DNA of 64,000 bases from Tricharina praecox. Taxonomy: Eukaryota. Under the pieces are notes generated by a model, which ran no database searches, had not been told where the DNA came from, and saw nothing but the letters and a program-made list of their open reading frames with translations. The position numbers and the translations under genes were made by a program. This document shows, piece by piece, positions 12,111 to 26,449 of the stretch. Position 1 is the first letter of the stretch; the number at the start of each line of letters is the position of its first letter. The stretch covers positions 62,001-126,000 of the forward strand of contig NW_026250429.1 of assembly GCF_024521635.1 (NCBI RefSeq), read 5' to 3'.

Positions 12111-14326
12111 TCGGGTCTTGTAGAATGTATGATGTGGAACAAAATGTATGATGTATTGTATCGAGTTGGGGGAAATGGGGAGGGGGAGAGATGTGGCATT
12201 GTGCGAAAATGAATTATCGTCAAAAAAAACACTCTGATTTCTGCTTTGTCCCGTGAGGGACAAGTTTCATTCATTCCCGATTGCGCTCGCCCGGTGTGGA
12301 CTTCCATTTATGTCTCCACTGCACCGTACCGGTGCACGGGAGAGCACAGCGGCCGACCGACTCGGAGGCCCGTTTCCGCCAATTTCCGCCGGTTGACGGT
12401 CTCTCCGGGGAAGGTGAAACTTCAAAGTGTGGGCAGCTCGACTGCTCGCCCCCAGCGAGTTTTCCTTTGCTTTGTTTTTTGTTTTCCGAAAAAAGACAAA
12501 TGGTTCGATCCCTTGCCTTTACTTTCGTCTGCGGAGGGTGGAGGTGATCCATGACCCATCACGCGGAGGGTCCCTACTGCTGCGATGTTTTCGTTCCCGA
12601 GATCAGGAGAGTGGACATGCGACTCACGATATCGAAGCGTTTTGCCTGTGGGGTGAGATGGCGCCCTGCAGTGACGTGCAGAGCAGTAGCCGGCCAACTT
12701 GACCTGATGCGGTACTTACCTCTCTGTTGCGGAGTGCGTCAAGCGTGAGGTGCTTAGTGAATACTGAAGGGGGAAAACGGTCGGCAGACCGCGGAGGGTG
12801 CTTGTTATATAGATTATGATTCATAGATCTGTGGCTAGTCGGTACTTCCAACATAGACTTGGTCGTACGCGGGATTCCCAAGCGCACTGATAGTGAGTAC
12901 AGAGCTCGAGTACGTAGATAGGTCGGCCATTATCGGTAGTCCGTGACCCCCAACCTTACCAGCGCAGTGCTGTTTCGGTAATCGTGCTAATTCCACACCT
13001 CGACGCAGTCCAGAAATAACGGTTGATGGTATTGCCGGGATGTTGGATGTATGCAGGGCCGCGGCGGAAGCATGGGCGCTCACATCGGACTGTGGCCGCT
13101 TTCGTCCACGATTCGAGTTTCGATTGGAGTAGGTAATCAGGTAGGCATATCCGGCAAAGCGTGTGTTGCTCGCCACGTCTACATGCCTGCTCCGAGTCCG
13201 CCGTTATGTGTCTCATGCGCGTCTGGCAGCCGAAGCGGTGACACCACACCACACACCACACCCCACACACCGTCGCACCCAGCCGTCCCGTCCCGTCCGA
13301 AGAATGAACACTGCCCCTCGGTAGCTATCCGACCGACCGTTGGTCGCAATAATCTGCAGGTTCCCTTCCCCCGCCCTCCCCCGCCCTTACCTGACTCCCG
13401 AGTCTCAGATCTCTCGCCCGGATTCGGGAGTGCCCTTGCTGAATCCCGCAGTCTGACACATGTACTACGGTCATCGTGAGCGGTGGGCATCAATAAGCTG
13501 ATTCATTCTAGGCCTATAACTGAGTGCATATATAGGTATACGGCTTCAACTCTGCCCCAGATGCACGGCAACGGTAGCGAATGGATTGAGTCCTTCCTTG
13601 CTCTAGCCGCGGATATACGGCCGCCATAAGTGTGTGTGTAGGAGGTCGGAGGACCTTCGTCGTGATGGATCATTGCTGTGAAGATTCAGGTTGCGAGTCT
13701 CCTTCAAGCCGAAGGTGTTACGGTTAGTCCTGAATACGGTACATGTGTACATGCGCTAAAATCGAGTCTCAGCACCCCCGACCCGGCTGTTCTACGTAAC
13801 CTAACCTGGGCACTTCGTCTCTACATCATACACGAACACATTCCGTCCAGCTGCTGGAGTCCCTCCAACCGGCTCCCCACCCGATGCAACCGTCACACAA
13901 CCACCCAGAACCAGTCTTGACTCTTCACTCGAGGTTTCTGCTTCCCGTCGGCGGGGCACATAGCATACCTAGCGATATTGTTTGCCGCAAACGTCACTTT
14001 GCTCGTCTTCGGATGATCACCGCTACGCTACGCTTCCGGTAGTTGCATATCGCTGGTGGGATGGAATCCATAGACGAACGACTTTGGTGAAGTTGAACAG
14101 TTGAACGGATCGGCTGCTGGCTGGCTTGGATGTTGGGATATTGAAGGGATAACTGAACTGAACGGAGGTATCACCTGCGTATGTAGCAGTGGATACTGAT
14201 GGCCCTTCCGTATTTAAAGACGGATCTTTCCTCCCATTTCCTTCTATCCAGACAAGCTTCAGGCCTCACTCGCCTTGCCATCTTCTCTATCGATTCGACC
14301 TTCAAACCCCAACTTTACAACAAACC

Positions 14327-15190
14327 ATGGCGCCTCCTTCCGCTCTCATTCTCGGGTTCCTCGCGATCGCCGGCCTTGCCAATGCGCAGGACCCATACCC
14401 GATCACCTCATTCCCTCCCTGGAACTACACCGGCTGCGCCAACGAGCCGGCGATGGGGCGCGCCCTCGACGGCGCCTCTACCGCGGGAAACATGACGGCG
14501 CAGGCGTGTCTCGATTACTGCACCATGGCCGACTTTGGTCTCGCCGGTCTAGAATATGGCAACGAGTAACCCTCCACCCTCCGCCCCCCCCCCCCCCCCC
14601 CCCTTCCCTTCCGTTCCCCATACCAACACCTCTAGATGCTTCTGCGGCAACACCCTGAAGGGCAACTCGACGTACGGCCAAACGGGCTGCGACCTTCCCT
14701 GCAGCGGCGACAGCTCGCAAGTCTGCGGCGGCGCGAACCGCTTGACGGTGTATAGCAATAGCGCGTTCGTCCCCCCCTCCAACGCGCCCAAAGTCGGGGT
14801 GTTCGCGCTGCAGGGCTGCTTTACCGAGGGCAAGACCGAGCGCTTGCTGTCGGGATACTCCTTCGCCAGCGCGAACATGACGGTCGACGTTTGCGTCGAC
14901 ACCTGCCAGAGCCTGGCGTACGTCTACGCCGGTGTCGAGTATAGCACTGAGTGCTACTGCGCGGATACTCTGAGTAATCAGACCACCCAGGCACCCCCGA
15001 TGGACTGCGAGTTTAAGTGCGGCGGAAATAAGAAGCAGTTCTGTGGTGGCGCTGATCGCGTGCTGCTTTATGCTAGGAACGAGGTGCGAGCAGATTTGTG
15101 TATCCCCCCATAAGTGAGACGACCGCTAACTTGTCCCTTCCTTTCTAGACTGCGCCCACCCGTCGCCGCAGACTGAACAGGCTGCACTGA
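14327..15190 (+). CDS. Secreted protein with two WSC carbohydrate-binding domains, 3 exons
   Basis: Signal peptide, then YTGCANE..MTAQACLDYC..AGLEYGNECFCGN..CDLPCSGDSSQVCGG and GCFTE..MTVDVCVDTC..YAGVEYSTECYC..CEFKCGGNKKQFCGG. Introns at ~14566-14635 and 15084-15148. Confidence 0.9.
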
Positions 15191-16887
15191 GAGGCTGCAG
15201 AGCTACCGTTCCTGGCACAGTGCACATGGGCTCATAGAATGGGGATGGCGAATGAGGGGAGCAGAATTAGGCTCTAGAGTCGGTTTCTCCGGTGGAGTAG
15301 TTGAAGTTTTACAGTTATGCAATAAATTCTCTGGCCAGAATACGGGTGTCTTCGTCGCGGGACATGAAATATAACGCATGCGCTAAACTCGATTTGGTAT
15401 TCCGAGTGACAATCATGGGTTTTCTGGAGGGGAGCTGAGAACAGCCGCTCCGGACTTATGTGTTCGAACACTAATCTATCGTGGCCCTGGGATACACAGG
15501 TGCAAATTTCTGAGTAGATGTGCCAATATCGTCACAAAGTATTCGAACTTCATCATTGAGTAGACTCGGTAGATCATCCCTAATTGCGCTAGACCATAGG
15601 CGGACAAATGAGTGATACGATATGCCCAGGATGTAACCGGTGACCACCCTGTCAGGCTATTACGAGGTACATAACTACCGCAGTTACCAGTAGAGCAGAT
15701 GCCAGATGGGAGGACTATGATGAAACAAAACACGACCGCGGGCAACTTCCCGCAGGGGCACCCTCAGCAAGACCCCTTGTTCCGACTCCCGACTCCCGCG
15801 ATCGCGGGTGTCTGCACCACCGCGTGGAAGCCCTCGCCGAGGGGGCCATAAAAGTTCCGACTCCCCTATTGTTTCATGTGGCCGCACGCGTGCTCCCAAT
15901 GAACGAACAAAGCCCAGTGCCCAATACTGACGAGACCCGCGCTGGGAATCGATATCCTTCATGCTCCCTCCTTGGTACCTAGATACCTATGTAGAGTGGG
16001 GTATATAGTTTATGACTGTGACCGAGGAGGACGACGGAGGTATCCGAGTAGCCATGTTTCGCGCGCACTTGCGCCCCCCCTACCCCCATAGTTAATTACC
16101 AATTACCAGTTACCACTAGAAATCTACACACATTCGCCGCAAAGCGTGGCGATGCGTGGCGGTGTCTGAGTGGGCGCGCGCGCCACAGTGCCTAACGTGG
16201 CGGTCGGAGTGCATGTGCGCCCCGCCAGCACGACTTATTCCTGCGTCGCGCGGGGAGTGGCATTCACCAATGGATGCATACACAGGTACATATCAAGGCG
16301 ACCATCCACGACGCAGTGCGCCCCTAAGTGCGAGTGTCAATCCACGGTGAGTCGGTGACGATGGCAGCAGCCAATCGGTACTTGTATCGTTCATACTTGT
16401 GCTGCGTGCATCGGCGTCGGCGGATGTGGCCGAGCTGAGCATGCATGGGACTGGACGGGCGGGACTGCACGGATCGCGCGCGATCGGGATTCGGGACATC
16501 TCGATTCTCATGAACGCTGGAGAAACCGTTGCACTCACATCACTTCCGAGCCCATCGACATGCTACTCATTACTGTCATCCGTCATCCATCCCGTCCTCT
16601 GGAATTATTGCTAAGCTGAAAACTTAAAGCCCGCCATCGAAACTCGCTAAATCCCATATCCGAATAGCACTCCGTAGTTTCGTCCCTTCCATCATATCCA
16701 GTGACAAAGAAAACTCATCCGATCGTAAACACATCCGCCATACTATTCCTCGAACATCCACTGCCGACCCGACCCGATCCGGCCATCCCATCCCATCCAG
16801 ACGCCCGACTCCAAATCCGAAACCGAAAACTCCAAAAGCCTCCTCCGCATCCCGTTGAAATCCGTACTTTACCGACCATTCCCATCG

Positions 16888-19800
16888 CTACAGCTTGATA
16901 CTCCCCGCCAAAAGCTGCAACAACTATATTCCCCACCACCCGTTAGCTCCCCGCCATCCAATCCGATCTGATGCTTCAAGAGAACTCACCCAAGTATTCA
17001 ACTGCCCCCTACTCTGCGCCTCGCCGAGTGCCCAGTCCAGCGACTCATCGGTCGAAAACAGTAGATCGTTCACCTCCTCGTCTTCCTCGAGGCTGCGGAC
17101 AAAGCTCTTGGCTTTGGAGGAGGTGCCGACGCGGGCGATGTGGAAGACGACGGCTACAAGAAGGTAAGGGGTTAATAATGAAACATTGGGGGACAGGGAG
17201 ACGGGGGGTGTTACAGGATGGGCCGTAGCTACTTCTGCCGCAGGAGTGCTTCGATAACTCGTTCTTTGTCGCGAGAATGGCATTCTTGAGCATGTCCTCG
17301 TCTTCTCCGCTCGGCTATCGCACAGGCATCAGCGGCGGGCTCCAATCTATGATCACACCCCCGAACGCGCAGAAAATACCTCGCCATCCGTCACAATGAT
17401 AACAACGACGGGCCTATCCAGCTCCCCTCGCCTGGCCCTATCCAGTATGAGCGGCTGAATAACCTTCGTGACGAGCCTGGTGCCCAGCTGCGTCCCCCCC
17501 TTAGGCACCACCGTATCGAGACACGTCTCAACCTGCTCCTCTGTAACAATCCCATCGAAGCCCCCGTCATTTGTAGCATTAACAAACCTGATCTTGATTC
17601 CACGGGGATTATAAGCGCCAGCAATCCGTGCGATGCGTCTCACCACCGTGCGGAGCGTACCATACCGCTCCTCGATGTTCATCGACCCCGAGTCGTCGCA
17701 GAACACGATCACGTCGTAGAGGCCGATAAGCGCCAGGTCCGGCAGCGCCCATCGAGAGAGCTCGAGAGCCTCGCAGATCCCGGGTGCACGTGCTCCGCGA
17801 GCGCAGTCCGCGGCGGCTTTGCGTGCTATCTGGCGAGGGTGAGGGTTGGTGGATGGGAATAGTGCCTGCAGGTGAGAGCGCGAGATGAAGGAGGTGAGGG
17901 TGGCGTAGTGATCCGCTTCAGTCTGTGGGAGGGGACTGTCTTCGCGGTAGGTGAAGGTTGGCCGTGTTATCAATACGGCGGATGAGGCCACGGCGGTCGT
18001 CGTCGTGTCGGTTGTGTGGTAGGCGTGCCGTCGTTGGATGCCCGGCCCGGTGCAGTGCCTCCGCGGCGAGTTTTTTGACGTCGAATAGCATGTATTCGGT
18101 CCTGGAGCGTGGATCGGCGGCCTGCGCCTGTTGGCGGGTGAGTCCGGGGTTCCGGTGGGCAGTAGTGGTGGTGGTGGTATCAGGAGGAGTGGGAGTAGTA
18201 AGCGTTACTTGCGCTGTCGCAACTGCTGCGCCTTTGGTCTCAGCTCCCGTAGATGTCGCTTTATTTTTTTGTTTTTTTGTAGATTTCGCCCGTCGCCGTC
18301 GGGCCTCGGACGAAACTTCCGTCCGCGATGCTTCTCCATTCGATTTCGAGTCTGCGCGCGACATTCCCACACTCCCCTTGCTAGCCGATCCCGCCGCCGC
18401 CTTCTTCCGCGTCTTCGCCGCCGCCGGACGTGGCTTCTGCATGCCATCGATGTAGGCATCATCGGACGACACGACGTACTCCTTGTCAGTATCGTCGTCC
18501 GGGTTGTGGTAGTTCGGGTCGACTGTTCTCGTGAGACGTTAGTGGTGTTGTCGAGCGGCGGGGAAAGGAACAGGGGTGAGAAGGCAAACTTACGTACCGT
18601 CTTCAAGGAGGATCGGCTTCTTTCTGGCTGACCTGCGCCGGAGGACGTCGCCATTGGACCCTGTGGCTTCGGCGGCATTCACGGCAGAAGAACGATGACC
18701 TCCTCCCCTCGAAGACCTATGACTGGCGGACTTTGACCGCGAAAGCTTGCTGGTCGCAGCAGCACTCCTCCTATCCCCCCCATCATGATCGTCGTCGTCG
18801 TCGTGGTCGAGCATGTTGACCATGTTCGCACGGGGATCCATGGCATCACTCTTACTCCTGTGCCGATGACCGCCATGTTTCCGTTCGCCACTGCTACCGC
18901 CCCGGCTGCTTTCGTGGCCAACCATTGTGGCGACACCGGCCGTGATTTCGGAGACTTCACCCTTGCTCCGATGCCGATGCGCCGCGTCCTTCCTCGAGTT
19001 GCGTCTCCCCGCGCCCATCCCACCGCTATGTTCCGTGTCGTGATCGAGCATGTTGACCATCCCCGCGCGCACGTCGTTTCCGTTCCCGTTCTGCCCGCCG
19101 ATAGCGTACCCGGCCGCCGCCTCGTCGGTCCTGGTCCTGTAGCGCGACGACTTCGGTCGCTCCACCACTACCACCTCCTCGCGGCCAGCGCCGTGATTCC
19201 GTTTCCCGAGCATATTGACGATTCTCCCCTTCAAAATCCCCGCGCGCGAATCCTGCTCCGTGGTAACATTGCCGTTGACAGCCCTCGGCCTATACTCAGT
19301 CTCCAGATCCCTCCTATTCGCCGCGGTCGCCGCACTCGCGCGCCCAGACGACGCCCTCCTCTCCTCAGTGCGATACCCGCTATCGTCATGACTTCCCCTT
19401 CTTGCCGTCGAATGCCGTTTCTCTCCAAGATGACTCTCTCCATACCCCAGATGCGAGTTCGCCGCGCTAACCTTCGCACGCCGGTGCTGCGAGTCCGTCG
19501 ACGTCGTGAACCCTGTAACCCCGCTCAGCGCGCGCTCGGCGGCCGCGCGGCCATCCACGTTACTCCCACTCCTGCGGCGCGCTCTCTTCTCCGCGCGCGC
19601 ACGCTCGCTGACACTCAAATCCGTCGCAGCGGCGCCGGCTGTGGCGCCATCCACCCCCGAGCGCGACCGGCGGTGGCTGTGGCTGTGGGAATGGCTGCTG
19701 CGAATGCGTCCGTCGGCGTCCGCGCCGACTGAGCGCGACCGACTGCGCTTCTCGGGGTTGTAGGAATGGCGCCGGTGAGTGCTGGTTTGGCTGCGGCGCG

Positions 19801-19984
19801 CGGAGACGCTGGAGGCGCCGGTGTCGCGCGCGATCCGCACGCGCGTGTTGCGGTGGTGCTTCAGTGACTTCGGTTTGCGCGTGCGCGATTTCGAGCGTGA
19901 GCGGGGGGGAGAGGCGGCGTCTTCGAGGATCTTCCGCCGGTCGCAGCAGCACGACCAGAGGTGCGCGAAGGGGATGCAGCACAT
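16888..19984 (-). CDS. vWA-domain protein with long disordered Arg/Ser/His-rich N-terminus (one apparent frameshift at ~18030)
   Basis: MIDAS motifs VIVFCDDSGSM, IKIRFVN, GGTQLG and VIIVTDGE. Splicing gtacgt..ctaac..cag joins the 464-aa exon in frame to exon 2. Last exon LLQLLAGSIKL* ends at 16888. Confidence 0.75.
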
Positions 19985-21499
19985 CGTAGAGGAGGCGGCG
20001 ATGCGGTGTAGAGGGCGCGACGAGTAAGGAACTGGGTCTTCACTTCACTGAAAAGCGGGGACAGGTTCGAGTGGGCGAGGGGAACAAAGGGAGTATATCT
20101 ATCAGTGCGTACTATAGTGAGGGGGCCAATGTGAGGGTGGGGGGGGAGGGGCTGGGACCGAAGCGGCAAGTGCAAGTAAGAATCCCACGGCGCGATGAAA
20201 TGCGATGGCTGGAGCCTACTCCGTCGAGGAAAAAAAAGGAAAGCCAGATTAGATTTGCGGTGGGAAAAAGGAAATCATGCTGCGGGCGCCGGGGCGGAGG
20301 AGGGTAGGCAAACGCCCAATACATAATGAACCCGAACGGGGATGGTGATTGGACTGGTTCGTGGGGCTGCGGACATGAAGCTGAGACAGACCGTGTGGGC
20401 CAAACGAATGCAGCGAACCAACGGACAAGACGATAGGATTGGCGGGCAGAGGAGATGCAGGTGCTGCCCGAGTTCAGTGCCTGCGGGAGGGGATGATGGA
20501 TATGGGAGTTCACGAGAGACGGTACGATAGACTCGAGAGTGCTTGCATCCGATGACGAGAGACTACATATCGATACCAGCACGAACGGAGGGTGCGCAAT
20601 AGAGGCGAAGTCCAGTCTCCAGATAATCTGCTTGTTGGTCCTGACAGTCTCAGTATAGTATCAAGTACTACGTACTCGCACAGCATCCCTGACAATGATT
20701 GGTGAAGTGTGGGAAGTGAGGGGCAAGCGCGAGCGACATGTGCTTCTGAAGCAGTGGAGTGGAGTGGAGTAATGGGGACTGTTGGGTAGTACCCAGTACA
20801 TAGTGGCTGGCCCCGTCTCTCAGAGTCAGACGGTCATGTCAAAGACTCCGAGACTCAGAGTAATTGCCCTTCCTTTTGATTCCTCGGCCCCCGCCCACGA
20901 ACGAAAACTATCCTCCTTTCGGAAAGTTCCCTCCTCTCGCTCCTCGCCTCGTGCGCGCGGACTCTGCATCCTTATCAGCCACTGCAGACTTCTGCAGCCA
21001 TATGCGCATGCAAACGCGGCGTTCGACGATCACCGGGCGACGGCGACATGGGGCGTGGGCATGGCGCACCGTAGGGAGCTGCGACTAACTAGTATGATTG
21101 GGGACGTCTGGATCCTTTGACGTTCGGTTAGTTAACAACAACCAAATTTTTAAGAAGAGCTCTGTACAGCGATAGAGAAGAGGCAGGAGATGATTTACAC
21201 AGCGCTCTATCTTTTTTTTAGGGTATGGTTGGGTGGCAACCAAAATCCAAAATAAATAGACGAAAAATGATTTAGTATGGGGAGGCCCCGGGAATGGCCA
21301 GGGGCAAGGCTGCTGCAGCCCAGTCTTAGCATGGCTGAGTTCCCGATGAGGACGTCTTGGCAACAAACATGGTGGCTAATTGCCCTGATAAAGAATATTA
21401 TGTACATAGTAAATGGAAATAATTACGAACAAATTTACTACAATTTTGACTTATCACTAACCTGTCGATGAGCTTTGTATATCTGCGCCTTAGATACCA

Positions 21500-22045
21500 G
21501 GCAAGAGCTGGCCGGAAAATTCTGATTTTCGGTCCCTGTGGGGCTGTGGAGCGCTGGAGCTCTGGAGTGGGCTGCGGAAGCCCGGTCAACGGCGTCGGGC
21601 CAGTCGAACGATGGGACTGATGGAATGAGCGCGTTCGTGTGATTCAGTGGAGTGTTTGATCGCAGGAAACGGGCAGGAATTGGCCGAGAAATCGTAATTT
21701 TTGGTCCCGGCGGGGCTATGGAGCTCTGGAGCAGGCTATGGACGCCCCATCAATGGCGACAGACTGGTGGAACACTGATGGAATCAGCGCACTCGTGCGG
21801 TCCAGAGATGTATTTTATTGAAGAAAACTGGCAAGAACCGGCTGCGATATTGTAATTTTCGCTCCCGCCGGGGCCAGTTGGCTACCGACGCCCCGTCAAC
21901 GGCGACAGACCGGTGGAACTATCGAACTGATAGAAGGAGCGCAATAGTGCAGTCCAGAGGAGTGTTTTATGGAAGAAAACGGCCATGAACTGGCCGCGAT
22001 ATTGTGAATTTCGTTCCCGGCGGGGCCGTTTGGCTGCCGACGCCT
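21500..22045 (+). repeat. Degenerate tandem repeat, ~150-170 bp unit, ~3.4 copies
   Basis: Units start at ~21501, 21672, 21831 and 21982: gca.gaa.tggccg..a.att.t.atttt(c)g.tccc..cggggc...gcccc.tcaa.ggcg..actgat.gaa..agcgc. Confidence 0.8.
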
Positions 22046-22692
22046 GGAAGTTTTTAATTTTAATAAATGCTAATGTATTACCGCATTTGGATTTTAATTT
22101 CCCCGATCCAAATGTCCACTTACTCCGGCACTAGATGTCCCCAAGCATGGCGACCACAGCAGAGTGGCTTGAAACTAGGTACGAATTAGTAGTGACCGGG
22201 AGGAAAATAGAGAAGAATCCGGACGCACGAGTCGCGGTGGTTGGCTCAGTGGGCAACCATCTCGGATTCCCGTACCGCATCGGTAGCCGGGGGACATCCA
22301 CACATTCGTCCGACTGTTCGACGCTTGATCGAATACACGCTCGGAGGATCCATGAGTGGAGCGGCCGGAAATAGGCACAGTTAAGGGGAGATGGCTGAAC
22401 TCCGCAATCCGATCGATCTCGATCTTGTGGGAGACGAGCTCGACCGACGACAAAATAAAACTTGCTTCCGTAACTACCAGTATCGTCTCGTATCTCATCC
22501 CGGCAGAAAGATGGGCCTTGCGCTGACTGAGAACCTGGTGACAAAAGCCCCGGCAGATTCGGTACGGCGAATGCTATCCGATGACGCCGCCGTCGTACGT
22601 CGTACCGTACCCCGCTCATTCATGTATTCCGCAGCGCGTCCTCGAGACTCGAGAGTCGATAGTCGAGATCAGCAGCTTCACGCACAAGAAAA

Positions 22693-23574
22693 ATGGATCC
22701 CACGCTACCTCCCTGGACGCCCCTCCCCTCAATCCGCAACCTCCGCGACGCTGGCGGATACGCGACGACTACGCCAGGCACCTCCGTTCGCCGGGGACTC
22801 TTGTACCGCTCTGCGGCGCCCCAACAGCTCACCGGCGACGGTGTAGCGACCTTCACCGCGCTCGGGATAAAAGCCGTCTTTGATCTGCGCTCGCCCAAGG
22901 AAATCCTCGACCATCCGGCCATGCCGCCGCTGGATTACCTTCCGGACGTTACATATACTCCGATAGCGGTATTTGCCGGGGGCTGGAGTCCCGAGTAGGT
23001 ACCCCCTGCCGCTCGAAGCGTGCTTTTCTGTTGCAGCGGCTGATTCTGGTGCAGAGCAATGCTGTTGCGGTACCAGGACTACCTCTCCGGCACGCCGCTG
23101 GGCAATTACATCCACATCCTGCGCGCGCTGCCGGGCGCAATGAAGCCCGTGATCGCGCACATCCTTGCCGCCCCCGCCGCCCCGGTGCTGATTCACTGCT
23201 CGGCGGGCAAAGACCGTACGGGCGTGATGATCGCGCTGCTGCTCTCGCTCGCGGGCATGCCCGACCAGGCCGTCGCGGAGGAGTATGCTCTCACGCAGGT
23301 GGCCATGAGCGTCATGATGCAGACGATGGGTACCAGAGTTAGGGAAATGGGCGTTTTTAAGACGGTCGAGGCGCAGGGGTTGGCCGTGAGTGATGAAATG
23401 GTATGGAATTTGTTGAGTGCAAGGCCGGAGACTATGCTGGGCTTGTTGGGCGTCGTTAGAGAGGAGTCCGGTGGCGTTGAGGAGTGGTTCGTGAAGGAGT
23501 GTGGGATGGCGCCGGATGAGGTTGACAGGTTGAAGGCGGCTTTGAGCGTGGAGGATGATGGAGTCGCGAACTGA
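22693..23574 (+). CDS. Tyrosine/dual-specificity phosphatase family protein (Y_phosphatase3-like), 2 exons
   Basis: IRNLRDAGGY, GLLYRSA, LGIKAVFDLRS and catalytic P-loop LIHCSAGKDRTG, then EYALT. Intron at ~22995-23050. Confidence 0.9.
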
Positions 23575-24634
23575 AAATACAACGCTTCGCTATATGTGGG
23601 AATATCGTATGTTTATCATGCCGGGCCAAGTGGATGAGCTCAGGAACGCTCGCTCACTGACAAAGGAAAAATCTCATCGCAACCACTAGTCAGATCGTTC
23701 TCACTGCAAATCTGGGTTATACTATACATCGTGATTCCTGATAACGATTCCCATGCATACGTTCGTTTCAGGATAGGGGAGTGACGTAGCCCTGAAAGGG
23801 AGACGGCGAAAATGAAAGATGATAGGGAAGTTGACGTTGTATTCACCACTGAGGGGCCAGCTAATATGACTCTCCTCCGCTGGCTGCATACAACGTTCAG
23901 TGCTACCCGATCCGGCTAGTCCGGCTATCACGACCGTTCGGATGCATCGATGATTGATCCGACTACTCATCCTCCTATTTTATGTGATTATGTATCTATC
24001 CTACATGTGCCCCTCTCATGATGGTGGCAGACGCTAACTCGCCGATTAGATTACAAAGGAAACTTGGCGCAGACAAACAGCGAGCGAGTGCAGTGCAGTG
24101 AACCTATTTAGATCGACAGTCAAACACAATTGTAGAAAAGAAGTAATGAAATAAAATAGAACCGGTATAGTTGCTTCGCTATGAGCTGGCTTCACTGTAT
24201 CACCAAGTAGCAAACATCATCGACGCACAGCTACAGACCGAAAGCGACAGAGCATCAATTACGATCGTAGCCAGGAAATGGAAACTTGATTACGAGGGCA
24301 TGACAGAAATTGATCGTCCGCCGCGGTCTTCTTCAGCACCATATGATCTCGCGCGATTAAGCCAACCTACCCGATTAATCTACAGTTCCGCTTTAGTTTT
24401 TAGAAGCATTATTCGTGACGATGCCTAAAGATCGAGTGAGTCTGTATGAATCACGATGTGGTGAAAACTAGTGACATCGTCGCCAACCAAACACGCCCGA
24501 TTAAGCCAAACCCTACTTAGATTGACCAACACTTCCGCATTAGTCGGGGCACAACACTGATGAGTCTCGGCGGCAAGTATTTAACACTCAGACGAACACC
24601 ACCATTCCTTCTACTTTCTTCACCCACGACCAGC

Positions 24635-24735
24635 AGACGACAACCACAGCGACCACCACAGCGACAACGACAGCGACCACGACAGCGACCACCACATCGA
24701 CGACTACAGCGATAACCGCAGCGACAACCACAGTT
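24635..24735 (+). repeat. 12-bp minisatellite (cgacaaccacag-like), ~8 copies
   Basis: cgacaaccacag cgaccaccacag cgacaacgacag cgaccacgacag... read directly. Confidence 0.85.
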
Positions 24736-25051
24736 GTGCATAGGCAACCCCTCAGCGAAAAGGATCAAATGTAAGTACTACACAACACTCCGCAAGACGG
24801 TAGCTAAAGCGAATAAAATCCGCCAGCGTTTCCACGCGGACTCCCGCTCGTCGCTGTACTGCGCTGGCACCCTCACACCACCAGGACGATCAATACAGTG
24901 CGTTCACTGTCGCTCCACATCACCAACAACATCGAACAAGTACGCTTTGCACTGTGCAGTCGCCTCAATCCGCATGCCTTTCCCCCTTCACCATCAGTTG
25001 TGACGTGAGCCTAGTTGTTGACTTTCCTCCAGCTCCATCATCATCGATAAG

Positions 25052-25417
25052 ATGTCAACTATTCCTAACAACCTCCTCATCACTTGCACGTGCGAGGCAA
25101 GCATCCGCTGCAAGCTTGTCCGTCGCCGCGGTACCGCCACGCAGGGGCTTCTGCTCAATATCTGTAACCACTACGTCTACGGCAAGTGTGCGTACAAGTG
25201 GGCGCAACATCGTCAAGAGAAGAACGCCAAGGCCGGTAAGCTGCCCTGCGGGTGCAGCTACCAAGTCTCCGTCAAGAACCTGGACCGTCTCGCCATCGAT
25301 CTTACTGCTCGCTTCGGTCCTGAAGCTGTCCAGCAGGCCGCCGCTACTCAGGCTGCCGCTGTCGCCGCTGCGGAGGAGGTCATGAACCGCAAGAATGAGT
25401 CCCCGGCTGAGAAGTAG
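25052..25417 (+). CDS. Small RING-like zinc-finger protein (paralog of 62508-62834)
   Basis: Intact 121-aa ORF with CxC-x5-C..CNHYVYGKCAYKW..LPCGC; aligns by eye with the 62.5-kb ORF. Confidence 0.6.
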   Translation: MSTIPNNLLITCTCEASIRCKLVRRRGTATQGLLLNICNHYVYGKCAYKWAQHRQEKNAKAGKLPCGCSYQVSVKNLDRLAIDLTARFGPEAVQQAAATQAAAVAAAEEVMNRKNESPAEK

Positions 25418-25444
25418 TTGCTTGGTGGTGATACGAGTGCGATA

Positions 25445-25625
25445 AAATGGGTGTGTTTAGGAGATAGGCGTCTACTGGTCTGGTTTAAATGGGTGTGCTT
25501 GGGACTTGAAAAAAAGATAGGCGTCGGGTTTGATTGATAGAATACTCGGTGGCTTTACTTTGAGACTCGAAAAAAAAGATAGGCGTCCGGTTTGGCTGAT
25601 AGATTACTCGGTGGCTTTGCTTTGA
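25445..25625 (+). repeat. Short degenerate tandem duplications 3' of the RING-like gene
   Basis: aaatgggtgtg occurs twice; aaaaaaagataggcgtc..gatag..tactcggtggcttt occurs twice at ~62 bp period. Confidence 0.7.
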
Positions 25626-26449
25626 TTCTTTTTTGCCGCTTTTCCAGTAATTCTTCGTAATTGTGATCGTGATTCATCTCGCCACTTTCCGCACCAACTC
25701 CCCCGCTCTACCGTTTCATTGCATGATTCTTCCGATCGCTTTCTGACATTCGGAGAAACTTGACTCTAACCGTAAACAGTATAACGTTTTCGTCACCCAC
25801 GAGTGATACTACTAGCACTCCCATGTTCTCCAGCGAAGTCCACCCAGCTCACGGCGCTTATTCTAGTCGCCCACCCCAGCCTTAATACCCAGCTCTAGCT
25901 ACCTCTGTAGAAGCCTAATAAATCGTGTGTCTTTTCTACCACTCGAGACTACCGGCTCATACGACCTGACGAAACCAATACCGCCACCGCTCGAGAGCCC
26001 ACTCATAGGCAGTTCACGTTTATCTCGTTTAAACCGAGTGGTACAGTAGTCGGTTCGAAAATGGGCGAGCGGATGACTAACGTAGCGGCTCGCGGGCCGC
26101 TTGTGAATGTGGACAGAAGCGATTAAGCGAGCGAAGCCGTGGCGGTGGCGGTGGAGAATTCACTTGGGACTTCCGAGTCCGCACTGTCTCTCAGCAGTTT
26201 TAAACCACATGGCACACTACGCACGTTTTTACTGATACAACACGCCAGAATCCACTGCTACAAAACGCCCGATATTTCCCCTCCACCCAAATAAACTGGC
26301 CTTAGCCGCAAGCTGGGATTAAATCTTTCATCGTTGCCAAGGTAAATGTTGTGTGGTTTTGGTGTGGCGGTGGCTGGAGGTGGTGCCTGAAGAGGGGCCA
26401 CTGCTGCAACACAGCAACCGCTGTGGTAATGGTATCGAGATATTGCCCG

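Noticed and set aside
18785..19732. 315-aa plus-strand ORF
   Set aside because: Antisense shadow of the GC-rich vWA gene exon.
22131..22620. Overlapping short ORFs upstream of the phosphatase
   Set aside because: No recognisable motif and no consistent frame.
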